Translations under genes and position numbers: made by a program
Notes under the pieces: generated by a model
What the model was told of the DNA's origin: nothing
What the model saw: only the letters and a program-made list of their open reading frames with translations
Database searches by the model: none
Shown: one piece after another, positions 61,709-64,000 of the stretch
Numbering within the stretch: position 1 is the stretch's first letter
How the letters are laid out: each line of letters starts with the position of its first letter
Assembly: GCA_963787465.1 (NCBI GenBank)
Contig: CAWBDD010000009.1
Location: forward strand, 14,358 to 78,357
Direction of reading: 5' to 3'
Length of the DNA stretch: 64,000 bases
Origin: an uncultured Thermoplasmata archaeon
Lineage (GTDB): Archaea > Thermoplasmatota > Thermoplasmata > UBA10834

Positions 61709-61990
61709 GCCCGCCACCATGGAGTGTTGCCCGAATCCGTACAAACTGGAATAAGGGTTTGCATCGACGAGGTCCGGCCAATTCAGTCAAAGCCATCGGC
61801 GGAAGGTCGCATTCGATAGGATGCAATCGCGATGAGCCGGATTTGGACTTTGAACACTGGCCAAATTTCAATTTCGCGATTCTAGCACCGAGCTAGACCC
61901 TTGTTCTCTTTCCTTGATTGCAGTTCTCATTACGATTTCTTGAGGGAACACTCAGATACGCTTAAGTCATCCGAGCGTCTCCCCTGGCCG

Positions 61991-62962
61991 ATGACAGGGC
62001 AGACGGCCTCTAATGAGAATCCGATACACGTCTCAGCTAGAGATGTGTCCGTCAGCTTCGGGACGGTGACGGCTCTCGACGGGTTCACTGCGGATATTCC
62101 TCGAGGAATCGTCGGCCTCTTGGGACCGAACGGGGCGGGAAAGAGTACCTTCATCAAGGCTTCTCTGGGACTCCTCACCCTTGACAAAGGAACTATATCA
62201 GTCGGCGGACTGGACTCCCAAGTCCAAAGCCTCCAGATTCGAGACAGCATCGGCTACATGCCCGAACATGATTGCCTGATATCCTCCGTCAACGCGGTGG
62301 AGCTAGTGTCCTATCTGGGAATGATCTCGGGCATGGAGTCCATTGACGCGATGCAGCGCAGCCATGAGATGCTGGATTTTGTAGGGATCGGTGAAGAGAG
62401 GTACAGACCGATCAAGTCTTACTCCACTGGCATGAAGCAGAAGGTGAAGCTCGCGCAAGCGATAGTCCACGATCCCAAGCTCATGTTCCTTGACGAGCCG
62501 ACCAGCGGCATGGACCCTCAGGGACGGGAGGAGTTGCTCGCCCTTGTGAAGAAGATGGCGTCATCCGAGAAGACGATCATAGTCTCGTCTCATGTTCTTC
62601 AGGAGGTCGAGCGGATCTGCGACTACGCAGTCATAATCGACAATGGAAAGCTGGTCCGTTCCGGTGATATGAAGACTCTCCTGACCGGCGAAGAGGGAGT
62701 CCAGAGCCTTACCATTCGAGGCAGCGCGCCGGCTTTGACGCGATATATCCAGGCTCTGGAGCAGGTCTGCCATATAGTCGACAGGGAGGACGAGTCCGGA
62801 GATCAGATCACTTTGCTGGTCCGAGGGTGTGAGGACGGGAAGAAGGTCTTTCTATTGGCAGCAGAGAAGGGAGTCCAGGTGAGAAGCTTCCACCTGGAGA
62901 TGCTGGACCTCGAAGAGGTGTTCCTGCGCGCTTTCAAAGGGGGCGAGAGAGATGGGCATTAA
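61991..62962 (+). CDS. ABC transporter ATP-binding protein
   Basis: GPNGAGKST, YSTGMKQK, LDEP, SSH. Confidence 0.92.
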   Translation: MTGQTASNENPIHVSARDVSVSFGTVTALDGFTADIPRGIVGLLGPNGAGKSTFIKASLGLLTLDKGTISVGGLDSQVQSLQIRDSIGYMPEHDCLISSVNAVELVSYLGMISGMESIDAMQRSHEMLDFVGIGEERYRPIKSYSTGMKQKVKLAQAIVHDPKLMFLDEPTSGMDPQGREELLALVKKMASSEKTIIVSSHVLQEVERICDYAVIIDNGKLVRSGDMKTLLTGEEGVQSLTIRGSAPALTRYIQALEQVCHIVDREDESGDQITLLVRGCEDGKKVFLLAAEKGVQVRSFHLEMLDLEEVFLRAFKGGERDGH

Positions 62963-63773
62963 CCCTATCGAGTATCGCCCCTGGAAGGGTGAAAGGACCG
63001 CCCAGAACCTTCGATTCTACGTCATCGCTAGAAGCATAATCAGACACAAGGTCAGGTCGCTCGGCGTGATCGTTCTCCTCGTTCTCGGGTTCCTGCTCGT
63101 CCATACGCAGTACCTGATAATGATTGTCCTCGTTTCTCACGAGAGTCTAACTGCCTCCGACATGAGCACCTACCTGGGCAGCGGCTTCTTTGCGATTTTC
63201 GCGATGTTGCTGGCCGCCATCGTGACCTCCGACCTCATAGCGGAGGACTTGGCGAGCAGATCGTTCGTGCTGTACTTCTCGAGAGCGCTCAAGATCAGAG
63301 ACTATCTGGCCGGCAAGACTGTTGGCGCGCTGGCCGTGATGAGTCTCCTGTGCGCGATTCCCCCGGTCATCGTCGCTTTCGTGTCGATCGCGACCCAGAC
63401 CGGCAACGACTACTCGGACAGCCTCGGGATCCTGGGTAAGACCGCATTGGTCGGAGCCTTCGTCACCGTGTTCTTCGTGCCGTACGGCCTAATGATATCG
63501 TCCTTCACCAAGAGGAAGAGCTACGCGGCGGTCGGCACCTTCATGTCGTTCTTCGTCCTGGCCATAGTCGCGACCCTGTTCTCCGAGTTCGCCCAGGGAT
63601 GGAGAGTCATCAGCCCGATCGATTCGCTGTCGTTCCTCTTCCAATGGGTGTTCGAGGGAAGTGTTCCCAGCTATGTCGATGAGGGAGCCCTTGTAGCGAT
63701 CCTGGCGTCCCTGATCATCGTTCCGGCCGCCGTTGTCTACTTCAGACTGACCAGGCAGGTGGTCGGCAAGTGA
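62952..63773 (+). CDS. ABC transporter permease (ABC-2 type exporter)
   Basis: About six TM helices and YFSRAL...YLAGK motif; overlaps the ATPase gene. Confidence 0.85.
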   Translation: MGINPIEYRPWKGERTAQNLRFYVIARSIIRHKVRSLGVIVLLVLGFLLVHTQYLIMIVLVSHESLTASDMSTYLGSGFFAIFAMLLAAIVTSDLIAEDLASRSFVLYFSRALKIRDYLAGKTVGALAVMSLLCAIPPVIVAFVSIATQTGNDYSDSLGILGKTALVGAFVTVFFVPYGLMISSFTKRKSYAAVGTFMSFFVLAIVATLFSEFAQGWRVISPIDSLSFLFQWVFEGSVPSYVDEGALVAILASLIIVPAAVVYFRLTRQVVGK

Positions 63774-63785
63774 CGGCCCAGGGGA

Positions 63786-64000
63786 ATGATGATCGCGCCC
63801 ATCATTCAGGCGTCTGACCTCAGCAAATGGTACGGGCAGGTCATCGGCCTAAACAAGTTCGCGCTCAGAGTCATGCCGGGCATAACCGGCATCGTCGGCC
63901 CCAACGGTTCCGGCAAGAGCACCTTCTTCAAGGTCGTCTTGGGCCTGATCAAGCCAAATGCGGGCAGCATCACCGTCCTCGGCCAGAGCCCATGGAAGAA
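63786..64000 (+). CDS. Second ABC ATP-binding protein, 3'-truncated by the window edge
   Basis: SKWYGQVIGL...GIVGPNGSGKSTFFK. Confidence 0.85.
   Translation, partial: MMIAPIIQASDLSKWYGQVIGLNKFALRVMPGITGIVGPNGSGKSTFFKVVLGLIKPNAGSITVLGQSPWK

Overview
GC-rich archaeal chromosomal segment, most likely from a Thermoplasmatota (Thermoplasmata-type) organism. This assignment is an inference from the archaeal-type ValRS and GlyRS, the ThiDN fusion, the AbrB-PhoU regulator, a SAMP/MoaD protein, BRE-TATA promoters and a heliorhodopsin. Most of the window is housekeeping or accessory metabolism: mre11-rad50, folC, tRNA-Gly(GCC), a DEAD-box helicase, valS, glyS, thiDN, copA, polX-ligA and ABC transporter genes. 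I saw no CRISPR array, transposase or integrase. Two things stand out. (1) A Rab-like small GTPase gene lies directly upstream of a ~1400-aa single-pass surface protein with Ig- and cadherin-like repeats outside and a longin/roadblock-like domain inside; a second longin-like domain heads a ~640-aa coiled coil elsewhere in the window. Together they suggest a transmembrane small-GTPase signalling module outside Asgard archaea. (2) An unannotated three-hairpin box H/ACA guide RNA (4827-5033) has its own promoter, and its third pocket matches archaeal 23S helix 69 as I recall that sequence. Also present are a heliorhodopsin, a stand-alone CHAT/caspase-like protease, a non-pyrrolysine MttB homologue and an orphan m4C-type methyltransferase. 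At least six genes carry single-base frameshifts, most likely assembly indels. All domain calls come from reading motifs by eye; no database search was run.
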